DNA of 64,000 nucleotides from Candidatus Fraserbacteria bacterium (GTDB lineage Bacteria; Bipolaricaulota; Bipolaricaulia; RBG-16-55-9; DRXL01), in contig CAMTVK010000017.1 in assembly GCA_947085185.1 (NCBI GenBank), positions 1 through 64,000 on the forward strand, given 5' to 3'. The notes under the pieces are model-generated. The model was not told the DNA's origin. It searched no databases and saw nothing but the letters and a program-made list of their open reading frames with translations. Of this stretch, positions 49,572-57,994 are shown one piece after another (position 1 is the first letter of the stretch; each line of letters begins with the position of its first letter). Made by a program: the position numbers and the translations under genes.

Positions 49572-52500
49572 ATGGCGCGGCTGGAGATTCGACTCTTGGG
49601 CGACGTTGAGGCCCGGCTCGATGGAGCGCTTTTGAGATTTCCCACTCAGAAGGCCCAAGAACTCTTCGCTTATCTTGCGCTTCACCATGAGCATGCCCAT
49701 CCGCGCTTGGCCTTGGCGGCTCTGCTTTGGCCGGAATCCGACGAAGAGAAAGCAAAAGTCAACTTGCGCAAGACGCTCTCCCGCCTACGCTCGCTGTTTG
49801 TGCAAGATGAGCACTGGCTGGACTTCTCCGGCAGTGCCGTGCGCTTAAAAACCCAAGAGTGCTGGATCGACACAGCAGAATTCGAGCGCCTGATCGCGCT
49901 CTCGCCCGGTGACCCAAAAGAAAGCGAGAGAGCCTTAGAAGACGCCGTCGCGCTCTATCGCGGCCCGTTCTTGCAGGGAGTCTATGAAGACTGGGCACTC
50001 ATAGAAGCCGAGCGCTTCCGGACGCTCTATCTTGAAGCTTTGGAGAGGCTTGCCAGTGCCTATCAGGCCCGCGAAGCCCATGAGAAAGCTCTTCAGACCT
50101 GGAAGCAAGTACTCACTGTGGTGCCGTGGCATGAGCGGGCGCATCGGGAGCTCATGACGCTCTATGCCCGCACCGGAGACCGCACCGCAGCCCTTCATCA
50201 ATATAGAGAGTACTGCTCAGCTCTTCAGAGGGAGCTGGGCATCCCTCCACTCCCTGAGACTCAGTCCCTGTACGAGAAGATTTTACAAGGGGCTCTGCCA
50301 GAGCCAGCTCGGATCGTTGCGCTTCCCAGGGAAATCCCATTTGTCGGGCGCGAGCGCGAGTGTCATGTGCTGCAGACCCTGTGGCAGCAGGTCTGTCAAG
50401 GGGAAGGACAATCTGTGATGCTCGGGGGCGAGGCCGGCGTGGGCAAGACCCGCTTGGTGGAGCACTTTATAGAGCTCGCAGCAAGAAGAGAGATCACAGT
50501 GCTCCGCGGCGCCGCCTCCACGAACGAGTTGCCCTACGCGCCCTTGCTCCAAGCCGTGCGCGCGGGTCTTCGCTCTATCCCCGTGGCTCAGCTCTCCCAG
50601 CTGCCCAGGCTCTACCGGAGCGAGCTGGCGCCCTTTGTCCCAGAGCTCTCTGAGCGCTTCCCCGATCTCACGCCCAATCCGGTTCTGCCGCCCGCCCAGG
50701 GCAAAGCCCGCTGGTTCGCGGCTCTGTGTGGGTGTTTTGAGCTCTTGGCTCGCGAGCGCCCGGTGATACTCTTTCTTGATGATCTGCACTGGGCCGATGA
50801 CGCGACTTTCGAGCTCTTGAGCTATGTGATGGCGCACCTGAAGTCTTCCAGAATCTTCCTGATCGGCACGTATCGTCTTGAGGAGACCGCGCGTGCACCC
50901 CTGCGCCAGTGGCTCGCTACTGTTGGGGCAGCACGCGCGTATCAGCCGCTGATTCTGAACCGACTCTCACAAGAAGAGGCCAATCTCTTGCTCCAGCGCT
51001 GGCTGGGCGGCAAGACGGATGCGCTCGCCGCTGCTCTTTATAACCAGACTGAAGGGAACCCGCTCTTTCTCATGGAGCTGGTCCATTCGCTGATGCGCAG
51101 CGGGGCGCTGGTCCAAGATGAAGGAGGGCGCTGGGGGCTGACCGTTGGGGAGATCGGCTCTGCGCATCTGTCGGAGAGCCTTCGTGGAGTGATCGACGCT
51201 TCGGTGCAGCGCGTGCCGCAGCATGCCCAAAATCTGATAGGGTTGGCGGCCGTGCTCGGGCGTGCCTTCGAGCTGCCGGTTCTCAAAGAGATCCTGCGTC
51301 AGCCCGAAGGGAAGATCCTGGAGCATCTGGAGCACCTTCAGGCCGCGGGCTTGATCGGTGAGCGTGCGGGGCGCTATCAGTTCCATCACGAGCTGATCAG
51401 ACAAGCCGTCTACGAGGAGCTGCGCCCCGATCGCAGAAGGCTGTGGCACCGCAAGGTCGGGCAGGCGTTGGAAGAGCTCTATCCGGAGCGCTCAGACGAA
51501 CTCGCTGGGGAGCTGGCGGAGCATTATGAGCGGGCGCAGCTTTGGGCAAGAGCTATACACTATGCGATGCGGGCTGGGGCGCGCGCCGCACGCTCCTACG
51601 CCTATGGCGAAGCCCAGAGATTCTACGCCAAGGCCATCGAGCTCTGTGAAGCTTTCGCGAGCAGAAAAGCGCTCTCTGTCCGGTGGCAGCACACCCGGCT
51701 CGAGCTCTACCGGCGCTATCTCAGCCGTGAGGTCTTCCCCACGATCTATGATCTCAGGAGGGCACCTCAGGAGCTGCGCCGCCACATAGCGCAGATGATC
51801 GCGGTCGCGCAAGAGCTCAAAGATATGAAGGCCCTCTGCGAGGCGTACCAGCATCAAGCGAGATTAGAGTTAGCCGCTGGACAGCCCAAAGCCGCTCAAG
51901 ACGTCATGCGTCATGCTTTAGCTGTGGCGCGGCGGGCTCACGATCCCGCGCTGCAAGCCGATGTCCTGCAAGGGGTGGCGAGCATGCGCGCCCGCTGTGG
52001 CGAGTATCGTCAGGCTATGATCGAATATCAACGATATGTTGAGGCCCTGGCCCCCTTGGGCGATGCGCGACGATTGGGCTATGCTCTCAATGATTTAGCG
52101 CTCACCCAGCGGGCTTGTGGAGATTTTGCGCAAGCGCAGAAGACCCTCAAGAGGGCCAACGAGCAGTTCCAGCGGGCGGGGGATCTGTGGGGGCAGGCGG
52201 CCGTCGCGGACAACCTCGGTTGTATCTGGCGTGATCTGGGGCGCTATGCGGAAGCGGAGAGCTCGCTGCAGCGTGCGCTCGAGCTCAATCAAGCGACCGG
52301 GGACCATCGTGGGGTGGGGTGCAGTCTTGTAGATTTAGGGACTTTGCGGAACGATCAAGGGCGCTATGAGGAAGCCCTGGAGTTTCTTGATCGGGTCGTG
52401 GCGATGGTGGATCAACCGGGCATGAAGGGGCTAGAGATCGAGGCATGCTCGGAGAAGGCGCGGGCGCACCTGGGGCGAGGGGAGCTGGCGCTCGCGCTGG

Positions 52501-52754
52501 AGTATTCGACGCGCGCGATGCGATTGTTAGAGGCGCATGGGGGCGTAATCGAGCAAGCGTACAGATTCTACTTTACCCACGCTTGTATTTTACAGCAGTT
52601 GGGGCAGCAGGCCGAGGCGCGGCGTTATCTCAAGGGAGCTTGCAAGCGCTTGCAGCAAGCGGCTGGGCAAGCTCCCACTGCCGAGCTGCGCGAAAATTTT
52701 CTGCACAATGTGCCTCTGCATCGTCAGATCCTGGCAGCTTACTATAATCAATAG
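49572..52754 (+). CDS. SARP/BTAD transcriptional activator with AAA ATPase and TPR domains
   Basis: LEIRLLG wHTH, LYRGPFL BTAD, FVGRERE, GEAGVGKT, LDDLHWAD, EGNPLF, C-terminal TPRs. Confidence 0.92.
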   Translation: MARLEIRLLGDVEARLDGALLRFPTQKAQELFAYLALHHEHAHPRLALAALLWPESDEEKAKVNLRKTLSRLRSLFVQDEHWLDFSGSAVRLKTQECWIDTAEFERLIALSPGDPKESERALEDAVALYRGPFLQGVYEDWALIEAERFRTLYLEALERLASAYQAREAHEKALQTWKQVLTVVPWHERAHRELMTLYARTGDRTAALHQYREYCSALQRELGIPPLPETQSLYEKILQGALPEPARIVALPREIPFVGRERECHVLQTLWQQVCQGEGQSVMLGGEAGVGKTRLVEHFIELAARREITVLRGAASTNELPYAPLLQAVRAGLRSIPVAQLSQLPRLYRSELAPFVPELSERFPDLTPNPVLPPAQGKARWFAALCGCFELLARERPVILFLDDLHWADDATFELLSYVMAHLKSSRIFLIGTYRLEETARAPLRQWLATVGAARAYQPLILNRLSQEEANLLLQRWLGGKTDALAAALYNQTEGNPLFLMELVHSLMRSGALVQDEGGRWGLTVGEIGSAHLSESLRGVIDASVQRVPQHAQNLIGLAAVLGRAFELPVLKEILRQPEGKILEHLEHLQAAGLIGERAGRYQFHHELIRQAVYEELRPDRRRLWHRKVGQALEELYPERSDELAGELAEHYERAQLWARAIHYAMRAGARAARSYAYGEAQRFYAKAIELCEAFASRKALSVRWQHTRLELYRRYLSREVFPTIYDLRRAPQELRRHIAQMIAVAQELKDMKALCEAYQHQARLELAAGQPKAAQDVMRHALAVARRAHDPALQADVLQGVASMRARCGEYRQAMIEYQRYVEALAPLGDARRLGYALNDLALTQRACGDFAQAQKTLKRANEQFQRAGDLWGQAAVADNLGCIWRDLGRYAEAESSLQRALELNQATGDHRGVGCSLVDLGTLRNDQGRYEEALEFLDRVVAMVDQPGMKGLEIEACSEKARAHLGRGELALALEYSTRAMRLLEAHGGVIEQAYRFYFTHACILQQLGQQAEARRYLKGACKRLQQAAGQAPTAELRENFLHNVPLHRQILAAYYNQ

Positions 52755-52809
52755 CACTCATCGTGTGATGCTGACGGCAAGACCGTCCATCACCGTGGCT
52801 TTTTGCTGA

Positions 52810-52862
52810 TTTTCGTGGGCTTTTCGTGTTGTCACGCTTTTGTCACGCCCCAGGGATATACT
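52810..52862 (+). promoter_or_regulatory. SARP-type direct-repeat operator and -10 box
   Basis: TTTTCGTG x2 (52810, 52821) and TTGTCACGC x2 (52829, 52840), each pair 11 bp apart; last repeat ends 8 bp before TATACT (52857-62). Confidence 0.6.
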
Positions 52863-52869
52863 CGTCCTA

Positions 52870-53148
52870 ATGATCCATATGTTCGAGCTCTACAAGCCAG
52901 GGAGTGTCCCCGATGAGCGGCTCTGCGCGCTGATGCAGCAGGCGCGCCGCAGTGCTCTCCAGATTGAGGGCGTCTACGACCTGGCGCTCTACCAGACCGA
53001 TCGGGACGGGCTCTGGCAGTGCAGCGTGGATGTGGAGGACGCACAGACGTGGGAGCACGTGCGCGCGCGCGTGCAGCGGCTTCTGGAGGAGCTCAAGGCT
53101 CTGGGAGTGGAGATCGTTCATGAGGACCAGTGGGAGCGGCGCGTCTAG
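52870..53148 (+). CDS. small hypothetical protein (ferredoxin-like/EthD-like pattern)
   Basis: ATG 7 nt after TATACT; beta-alpha-beta-beta-alpha-beta pattern; host-like codon use. Confidence 0.55.
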   Translation: MIHMFELYKPGSVPDERLCALMQQARRSALQIEGVYDLALYQTDRDGLWQCSVDVEDAQTWEHVRARVQRLLEELKALGVEIVHEDQWERRV

Positions 53149-53178
53149 AGATTTTCAGATCCTAAGGAGGGATCAACG

Positions 53179-54297
53179 ATGTTCAAGTGCACCAAGCAGG
53201 TCGGAGCGGTCGTGCGGTCGTTCGGTCTCGGCGTGTTGGCGTTCGCGGTGCTGGTCGGGCTGACGGTCTCGGCGCAGCAACAGCAGTTGGCTCAGCCGGT
53301 CACACAAATTAAGATCGTCCCGGAGAAGCCGTCTCCCAATGACGAGATCAAGATCGAGCTGTCGGGGACCTTCCCCAATTTTTGCGCTCCGGATTCCGCC
53401 ACGGCCCAGGTCGAGCTCAACCAAGTGACGATTGAGACATCCAACGTGAGCCAGTTCTGTGCCGAAGGGGAGACCAAGTGGAGCCTGAGCGTCCCTGTAG
53501 GCAAGAAGCTCGAAGCCGGCCCCTATCGCGTGCTGGTGCTCTTCAGGATGACCAAGGAGCCGCCGGACTTCTTGCTGGGCATGGCGCGCTTCGATGTCGC
53601 CGAGAAGAGCGGAAGCGCCGATCAAGCTGGTCAACCGAGCCCATTGGTCCCATTCACCTTCCTGCCCGTGGTCCAGACGCCCGACAAGAACACCGTCGTC
53701 CCAGTGTCCTTTCGCGTGACCACCGTCAGGGGCGGCAAGAGCAATGGCGATAATCGAATCGGGGGGACGGTGGGCGTCTCAGTCGGCGAGGTGGTCACGC
53801 TCAGCAATATCAGCACGGCGAAGAGCCAAACTTTTCGTGTTACAGGCTGCCAGGCTCAAGACGTTCGGGTCGAAGGTGGTTGCCGTCCTCCTTTTCCGCC
53901 CAAGGAGATCAAGCTGGAGATCACCGGGCCGGATCCGTACTTGGAGCTGTTCATCGAGCAGACAGAGCTGCCGGACTTGGCGGTGCGCATCAGTGCTAAC
54001 GTGCGGCGCTACACCGAGATGGAGCAGGTCTTCTGTGACATCACCGTCCTCACGACAGCCAGTAATCTCGGCAAGGGACCGGCCGGAGCAGTGGCATTGA
54101 GTACTAAGATCAATACCAGCAAATCACAAGTCTTTCGCTACGGGATGGGCAGCGACGGCGGCAATGCGACACAGGTGGATTTCTTGACCCGCCTGCGCCC
54201 CGGATCGTATCCGTTAGAAGCTGAAGTCGAGAGCCTCAGCATCAAGGAGAGCAATACGGCGAACAACAAGGCGAGCCAGGTCGCGGTCTGTCGGTAG
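53179..54297 (+). CDS. secreted beta-rich protein (Ig/CARDB-like C-terminus)
   Basis: SD AAGGAGG, signal peptide VSA/Q, C-terminal ESNTANNKAS. Confidence 0.75.
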   Translation: MFKCTKQVGAVVRSFGLGVLAFAVLVGLTVSAQQQQLAQPVTQIKIVPEKPSPNDEIKIELSGTFPNFCAPDSATAQVELNQVTIETSNVSQFCAEGETKWSLSVPVGKKLEAGPYRVLVLFRMTKEPPDFLLGMARFDVAEKSGSADQAGQPSPLVPFTFLPVVQTPDKNTVVPVSFRVTTVRGGKSNGDNRIGGTVGVSVGEVVTLSNISTAKSQTFRVTGCQAQDVRVEGGCRPPFPPKEIKLEITGPDPYLELFIEQTELPDLAVRISANVRRYTEMEQVFCDITVLTTASNLGKGPAGAVALSTKINTSKSQVFRYGMGSDGGNATQVDFLTRLRPGSYPLEAEVESLSIKESNTANNKASQVAVCR

Positions 54298-54411
54298 ATA
54301 CGCAGCAAACTGAATCAAAAAGGAGCGTGAACTACAATGCTACAAAGTCTTATGACGGGCTTAGCAAAGTCGTTCAATCTACTTCACATCACCACCAGGA
54401 GGGTGATTCAG

Positions 54412-55209
54412 ATGACGTTCGTCACGAAGCAGAACGCCGGCTTACTGAAGTCGGTGCGCAGTTGGGGAGTGCTGGGGTTGCTCCTGGTGCTCGCGGTATT
54501 TGTTCTTGTTCAGAACGCCCAGACTCAGGTAGGTACTGATGGGATTATACCACCTGGCGGCTATGTAGCGGCCAGTGAACCTGGTGGTGCGCGAATCTTG
54601 GGCGATCAGGGAAACCTTCCGACCAATCCGGCTATCGGTTTCTTCAGCACCTGTCCGTCACCACCGACGGTGCGCTGCAATGATGGCGGGGGCGGCAACG
54701 GCATCTTCAGACCGCTCGCCAACGTCATGGCCTTTGCTACCTCAAGTCAAGAGCGGATGAGGATTGGCCCTGGTGGCTGGGTCGCCATCGGTGCCACGGC
54801 TCCGTCCGCAGGCGCGCTGCTCACCGTCAACGGACACATTCATGCCGCCGGAAACATTACTGGCGCCGCCAAGATGTTCGTGCAGGCTCATCCCCTTGAC
54901 CAAACCAAAGAGATCGTCTATGTCTCTCTGGAAGGGCCGGAGGCCGGCACCTACATTCGCGGCACGGCGCAGCTCACTAACGGCGAAGCAGTCATTGAAC
55001 TGCCGGAGCACTTCAGCTTGGTCACCAATGACCAAGGCTTGACGGTGCAGCTCACGCCGTTTGGTGAGTTGCTCCAGCTCTACGTCGTGGAGAAGAGCGC
55101 CAAGCGAATCGTCGTGCGCGAAGCGAATGGCAAGAGTGGGCAGTTCGATTATCTCGTGCAAGGTGTACGCAAGGGATATGAGAACCATCAAGTAATCCGG
55201 GACAAGTAG
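54412..55209 (+). CDS. secreted protein with tail-fibre/shufflon-like repeats and a conserved C-terminal domain
   Basis: signal peptide; ERMRIGPGGWVAIG, LTVNGHI, HPLDQTKEIVYVSLEGPEAGTYIRGTAQL...FDYLVQGVRKGYE. Confidence 0.75.
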   Translation: MTFVTKQNAGLLKSVRSWGVLGLLLVLAVFVLVQNAQTQVGTDGIIPPGGYVAASEPGGARILGDQGNLPTNPAIGFFSTCPSPPTVRCNDGGGGNGIFRPLANVMAFATSSQERMRIGPGGWVAIGATAPSAGALLTVNGHIHAAGNITGAAKMFVQAHPLDQTKEIVYVSLEGPEAGTYIRGTAQLTNGEAVIELPEHFSLVTNDQGLTVQLTPFGELLQLYVVEKSAKRIVVREANGKSGQFDYLVQGVRKGYENHQVIRDK

Positions 55210-55231
55210 TAGGCAGGATTAGAATGTAAAC

Positions 55232-55284
55232 GGGCGTCCGGGCCGCGCGCTCGGACGCCCGCCCCAAGCCAGAACGAACAGATC
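55232..55284 (+). repeat. intergenic hairpin element, copy A (partial)
   Basis: GGGCGTCCGGGC-cgcgc-GCTCGGACGCCC plus a degenerate linker. Confidence 0.8.
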
Positions 55285-55305
55285 TAATAAAAGGAGTGAT
55301 AGACG

Positions 55306-55962
55306 ATGAAGTTCATCAAGACGAACGCCGGCTTCCTGAAGTCGGCGCGCAGTTGGGGAGTGCTGGGCTTGGTCCTGGCGCTCGCGTTCACGTTCGGATA
55401 TGCGCAGAGACCATTGCCATTGCCGTCTCTTATAGCTCTGCCTCCGGTTCCACCGCTGGCAGAGAAATTGGCTGGGTTAGGTCTTACTCATCCAGACCAG
55501 TTGGATGAGGCAACACGGAAACTAGATGCTCCTGCTCGCCTGCTGAATTTCAACCTAGCGACCCCTATGGACTTCTCAGCTATTCCAGGATTAGGAAAAG
55601 GTGTTTATGTCCCCATTCAGATAGCTAAAAGAGAAGGCGGTCGGCCCTCGCTGTACTTTCTTTCTCCTGGAGAGAAAACACTGGCGGGGATCTTCCTGGT
55701 CGGTGATGGGATGATGCTCAGATACATCACACGGGCAAGCGGACGTGGCGTACCTGCCCAAACCGGCGATGTCTATATAGAAGAGTGGACAAGTCGTGAA
55801 GGACAAGCGGTTTTCAAAGCCGAAGGAAAACTTGAGGTTACGGATCCTAAAACAGGATCAGGACGACTGGTTACGGAAGGACCCATATCGGGTCTTAGGA
55901 TAAGGATAAGGTGCACGTGGACAAATTGGAGTCAAACTCTCATCTGCGAAATCATACTCTGA
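55306..55962 (+). CDS. secreted hypothetical protein (AT-richer mature region)
   Basis: SD AAGGAG; signal peptide nearly identical to that of the 54412 gene. Confidence 0.75.
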   Translation: MKFIKTNAGFLKSARSWGVLGLVLALAFTFGYAQRPLPLPSLIALPPVPPLAEKLAGLGLTHPDQLDEATRKLDAPARLLNFNLATPMDFSAIPGLGKGVYVPIQIAKREGGRPSLYFLSPGEKTLAGIFLVGDGMMLRYITRASGRGVPAQTGDVYIEEWTSREGQAVFKAEGKLEVTDPKTGSGRLVTEGPISGLRIRIRCTWTNWSQTLICEIIL

Positions 55963-55980
55963 GGGACGCACTGGAGGATA

Positions 55981-56074
55981 GGGCATCCGGGCACACGCTC
56001 GGACGCCTGCTCAACGAAATCACGGACGGATCGGCGGGGGCCGGGCGGAAACACGCTCGGCCCCTGTGCGCTTT
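55981..56074 (+). repeat. intergenic double-hairpin element, copy B
   Basis: hairpin 1, CAACGAAATCACGGACGGATCGGCG, hairpin 2 GGGGCCGGGC...GCTCGGCCCC, then GCTTT. Confidence 0.9.
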
Positions 56075-56483
56075 AGGCGATTGGCATTACGATCACGTCT
56101 TTGGCCAAGATCGGCCTTTTGGTCGTCCCGTCTCGGCTAAACTCGATCAGCCCGGCCATCCGCAGTGCCCGTAGATCGCGCGACACACTCTCTAAGCTGC
56201 GCCTCACGGCCCGCGCCAGCTCGGAGACCGAAGTGATCTCTTTGCTCCGCAAAGTTCGCAACAGCTCCAGACGCCTTGGGGTCAGTATCCGATGCTGGGC
56301 CTGCTCGGATAAAGAGAGCACGATCAACCGATCCGGAGCTAAGTCGGGCTGTGCCAACGCCCCGCGCAACAGATGTCCAAAAAACTCCAAAGCCGCGTCT
56401 GCGCGCGCGCTCAGCTTACGAGAGTTTCTTGGCTCTTTTGAACCTCTCAAGGTAATCCCTCTAGTTCGCTTTAAGATCTTCAT
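56073..56483 (-). CDS. HVO_A0114-like HTH protein (putative antitoxin)
   Basis: ILTPRRLELL...SVSELARAVRRSLESVSRDL...KRP. Confidence 0.8.
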   Translation of the reverse strand: MKILKRTRGITLRGSKEPRNSRKLSARADAALEFFGHLLRGALAQPDLAPDRLIVLSLSEQAQHRILTPRRLELLRTLRSKEITSVSELARAVRRSLESVSRDLRALRMAGLIEFSRDGTTKRPILAKDVIVMPIA

Positions 56484-56739
56484 AGGCTGCCGTTAAAGCT
56501 TCTGCCGGACTCTTGCCGGCGAAAGGCCGGCGTTCCCTATGCTCCTCCGAAATCCAGAACTTGTGACAATGAATGTATCCATGCGCGCTATCGCAGCGGT
56601 AGACATCCCAGCTTGCTTCTTCCGTTTCATATGCGAGATTCACGCTGAACTGCGTCACTTGACCCTTGGAGATGCGGAACCACACGTCGATTCGGACACC
56701 CGCCTCCTCCAGAAAGACCGTCCAGTGCTTCCGTTTCAA
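56461..56739 (-). CDS. DUF6516/TumE-like putative toxin
   Basis: RCDSAHGYIHCH motif; overlaps the HTH gene; own TTGACA-17-TAAGCT promoter with -35 at 56777-56772. Confidence 0.6.
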   Translation of the reverse strand: MKRKHWTVFLEEAGVRIDVWFRISKGQVTQFSVNLAYETEEASWDVYRCDSAHGYIHCHKFWISEEHRERRPFAGKSPAEALTAAYEDLKAN

Positions 56740-56802
56740 AGCAAGAACAGCTTAGCATACTTAACGCGCAATGTCAAGCTAAGGCGACGCAGAGGATATG
56801 AT

Positions 56803-56897
56803 GGCCTCCGGGCCGAGCGCTCGGGCGCCCCGCTCGCGAAATCAAGAACGACTCAGCGGGGGCCGGGCAGCAGTGCGCTCGGCCCCTGTGGCTTTTT
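56803..56897 (+). repeat. intergenic double-hairpin element, copy C
   Basis: GGCCTCCGGGC...GCTCGGGCGCC, CGAAATCA linker, GGGGCCGGGC...GCTCGGCCCC, GGCTTTTT. Confidence 0.88.
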
Positions 56898-56968
56898 GGG
56901 GCTTGTGACACATCGCTTTTTAGGAGAGGGAGACTACAGTGCGGCCCGCCATCAAAATCTGTGAACGG

Positions 56969-57751
56969 CTATCGCTTCCTCCGCCGGGGAGGCCTAGCCC
57001 TCTCCACCGCCGGCTGATACGAAGCAACGAGCAACATCTCTTCCCCAGCAGCCTCTAGCGCCGACAGATCAATAAAGTAGCCGAACATCAGCGGCACTGG
57101 CTCCCCCGGCAACTGCGGCGCTATCGTTTGCAGCAGCCTCTGAAACTGCTGTACCTCGCGGGCGTAGATGCGCGATTTCACTTCCCCTAGCACTACCACC
57201 CGACGCTTAGCGCGCCGCCCTTCCCCGTAGAGATCGACCTCGACCACCTGCCCATCGGCTTGAAAGAGGCGGCGTTCCAAGCGCTCCACCGTGATTCCAT
57301 AACGCTTTTGGAGATAGCCCGGCAGCACCAGGCGGGCGATATCTTCTAAGCCATAGCCGATATTCTCGGCCAGGGCGCCCACTTGAGTGGCCAACTGCTG
57401 CAGGGCCTGCTCGGTGCGGGCCTGAGCTTCGGCCAGCCGCGTCAGAGCTGCTTCGACACGGTCCATGCGCTGCTCGGTGCGGGCTTGCGCCTGAGCCAAT
57501 TGCTCGAGGCGCTGCTCGGTGCGGGCTTGCGCTTGAGCCAATTGCTCGAGGCGCTGCTCGGTGCGGGCTTGCGCCTGAGCCAACTGCTCGAGGCGCTGCT
57601 CGGTGCGGGCTTGCGCGGCTGCCAGTTGAGCCACCGTCTGGCTGAGCCGGTCGAAGTCCTCGCGGCCAACACGGATATCTTTGAGCCGGTCGTCTACCAC
57701 GGTGACGATGGCCCGATACATCTCGGCGGTCAGGCCCGAAGATTCTGCCAT
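56969..57751 (-). CDS. coiled-coil repeat protein with a C-terminal PD-(D/E)XK nuclease-like domain (DUF3782-like)
   Basis: LAQAQARTEQRLEQ repeats; GYGLED, EVDLYG, GEVKSR. Confidence 0.8.
   Translation of the reverse strand: MAESSGLTAEMYRAIVTVVDDRLKDIRVGREDFDRLSQTVAQLAAAQARTEQRLEQLAQAQARTEQRLEQLAQAQARTEQRLEQLAQAQARTEQRMDRVEAALTRLAEAQARTEQALQQLATQVGALAENIGYGLEDIARLVLPGYLQKRYGITVERLERRLFQADGQVVEVDLYGEGRRAKRRVVVLGEVKSRIYAREVQQFQRLLQTIAPQLPGEPVPLMFGYFIDLSALEAAGEEMLLVASYQPAVERARPPRRRKR
57467..57616. repeat. 42-bp coding tandem repeat, about 3.6 copies
   Basis: GCGCTGCTCGGTGCGGGCTTGCGCCTGAGCCAATTGCTCGAG units at 57467, 57509, 57551 and (partial) 57593. Confidence 0.9.
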
Positions 57752-57793
57752 AATTATAATAATAGTCTATGTCGGTCACGCCCGCAAGCGACG

Positions 57794-57890
57794 GGGCGTC
57801 CGGGCCAAGCGCTCGGGCGCCCGCCCAACGAAATCACGGACGGATCGGCGAGGGCCGGGCGGTAAGCACGCTCGGCCCCCTTGGCTTTTT
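57794..57890 (+). repeat. intergenic double-hairpin element, copy D
   Basis: GGGCGTCCGGGC-caagc-GCTCGGGCGCCC, linker identical to copy B, hairpin 2, GGCTTTTT. Confidence 0.9.
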
Positions 57891-57994
57891 ATTTCCTGAT
57901 GAGATCTTACCCCATGCGCTTGCCCACAAGGTTTGCCCAGCTGCGGTGCCGCTGCTGTTGCTATGCTCCGCTTTGGTGTCTATAATAGCCCGCT

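Noticed and set aside
54412..55209. Phage tail fibre indicating a prophage
   Set aside because: It has a Sec-type signal peptide and no other virion genes are nearby.
55232..57890. CRISPR array or classical integron
   Set aside because: Repeats are about 95 bp and degenerate with gene-sized intervals, there are no cas genes, no RYYYAAC...GTTRRRY attC cores and no adjacent intI.
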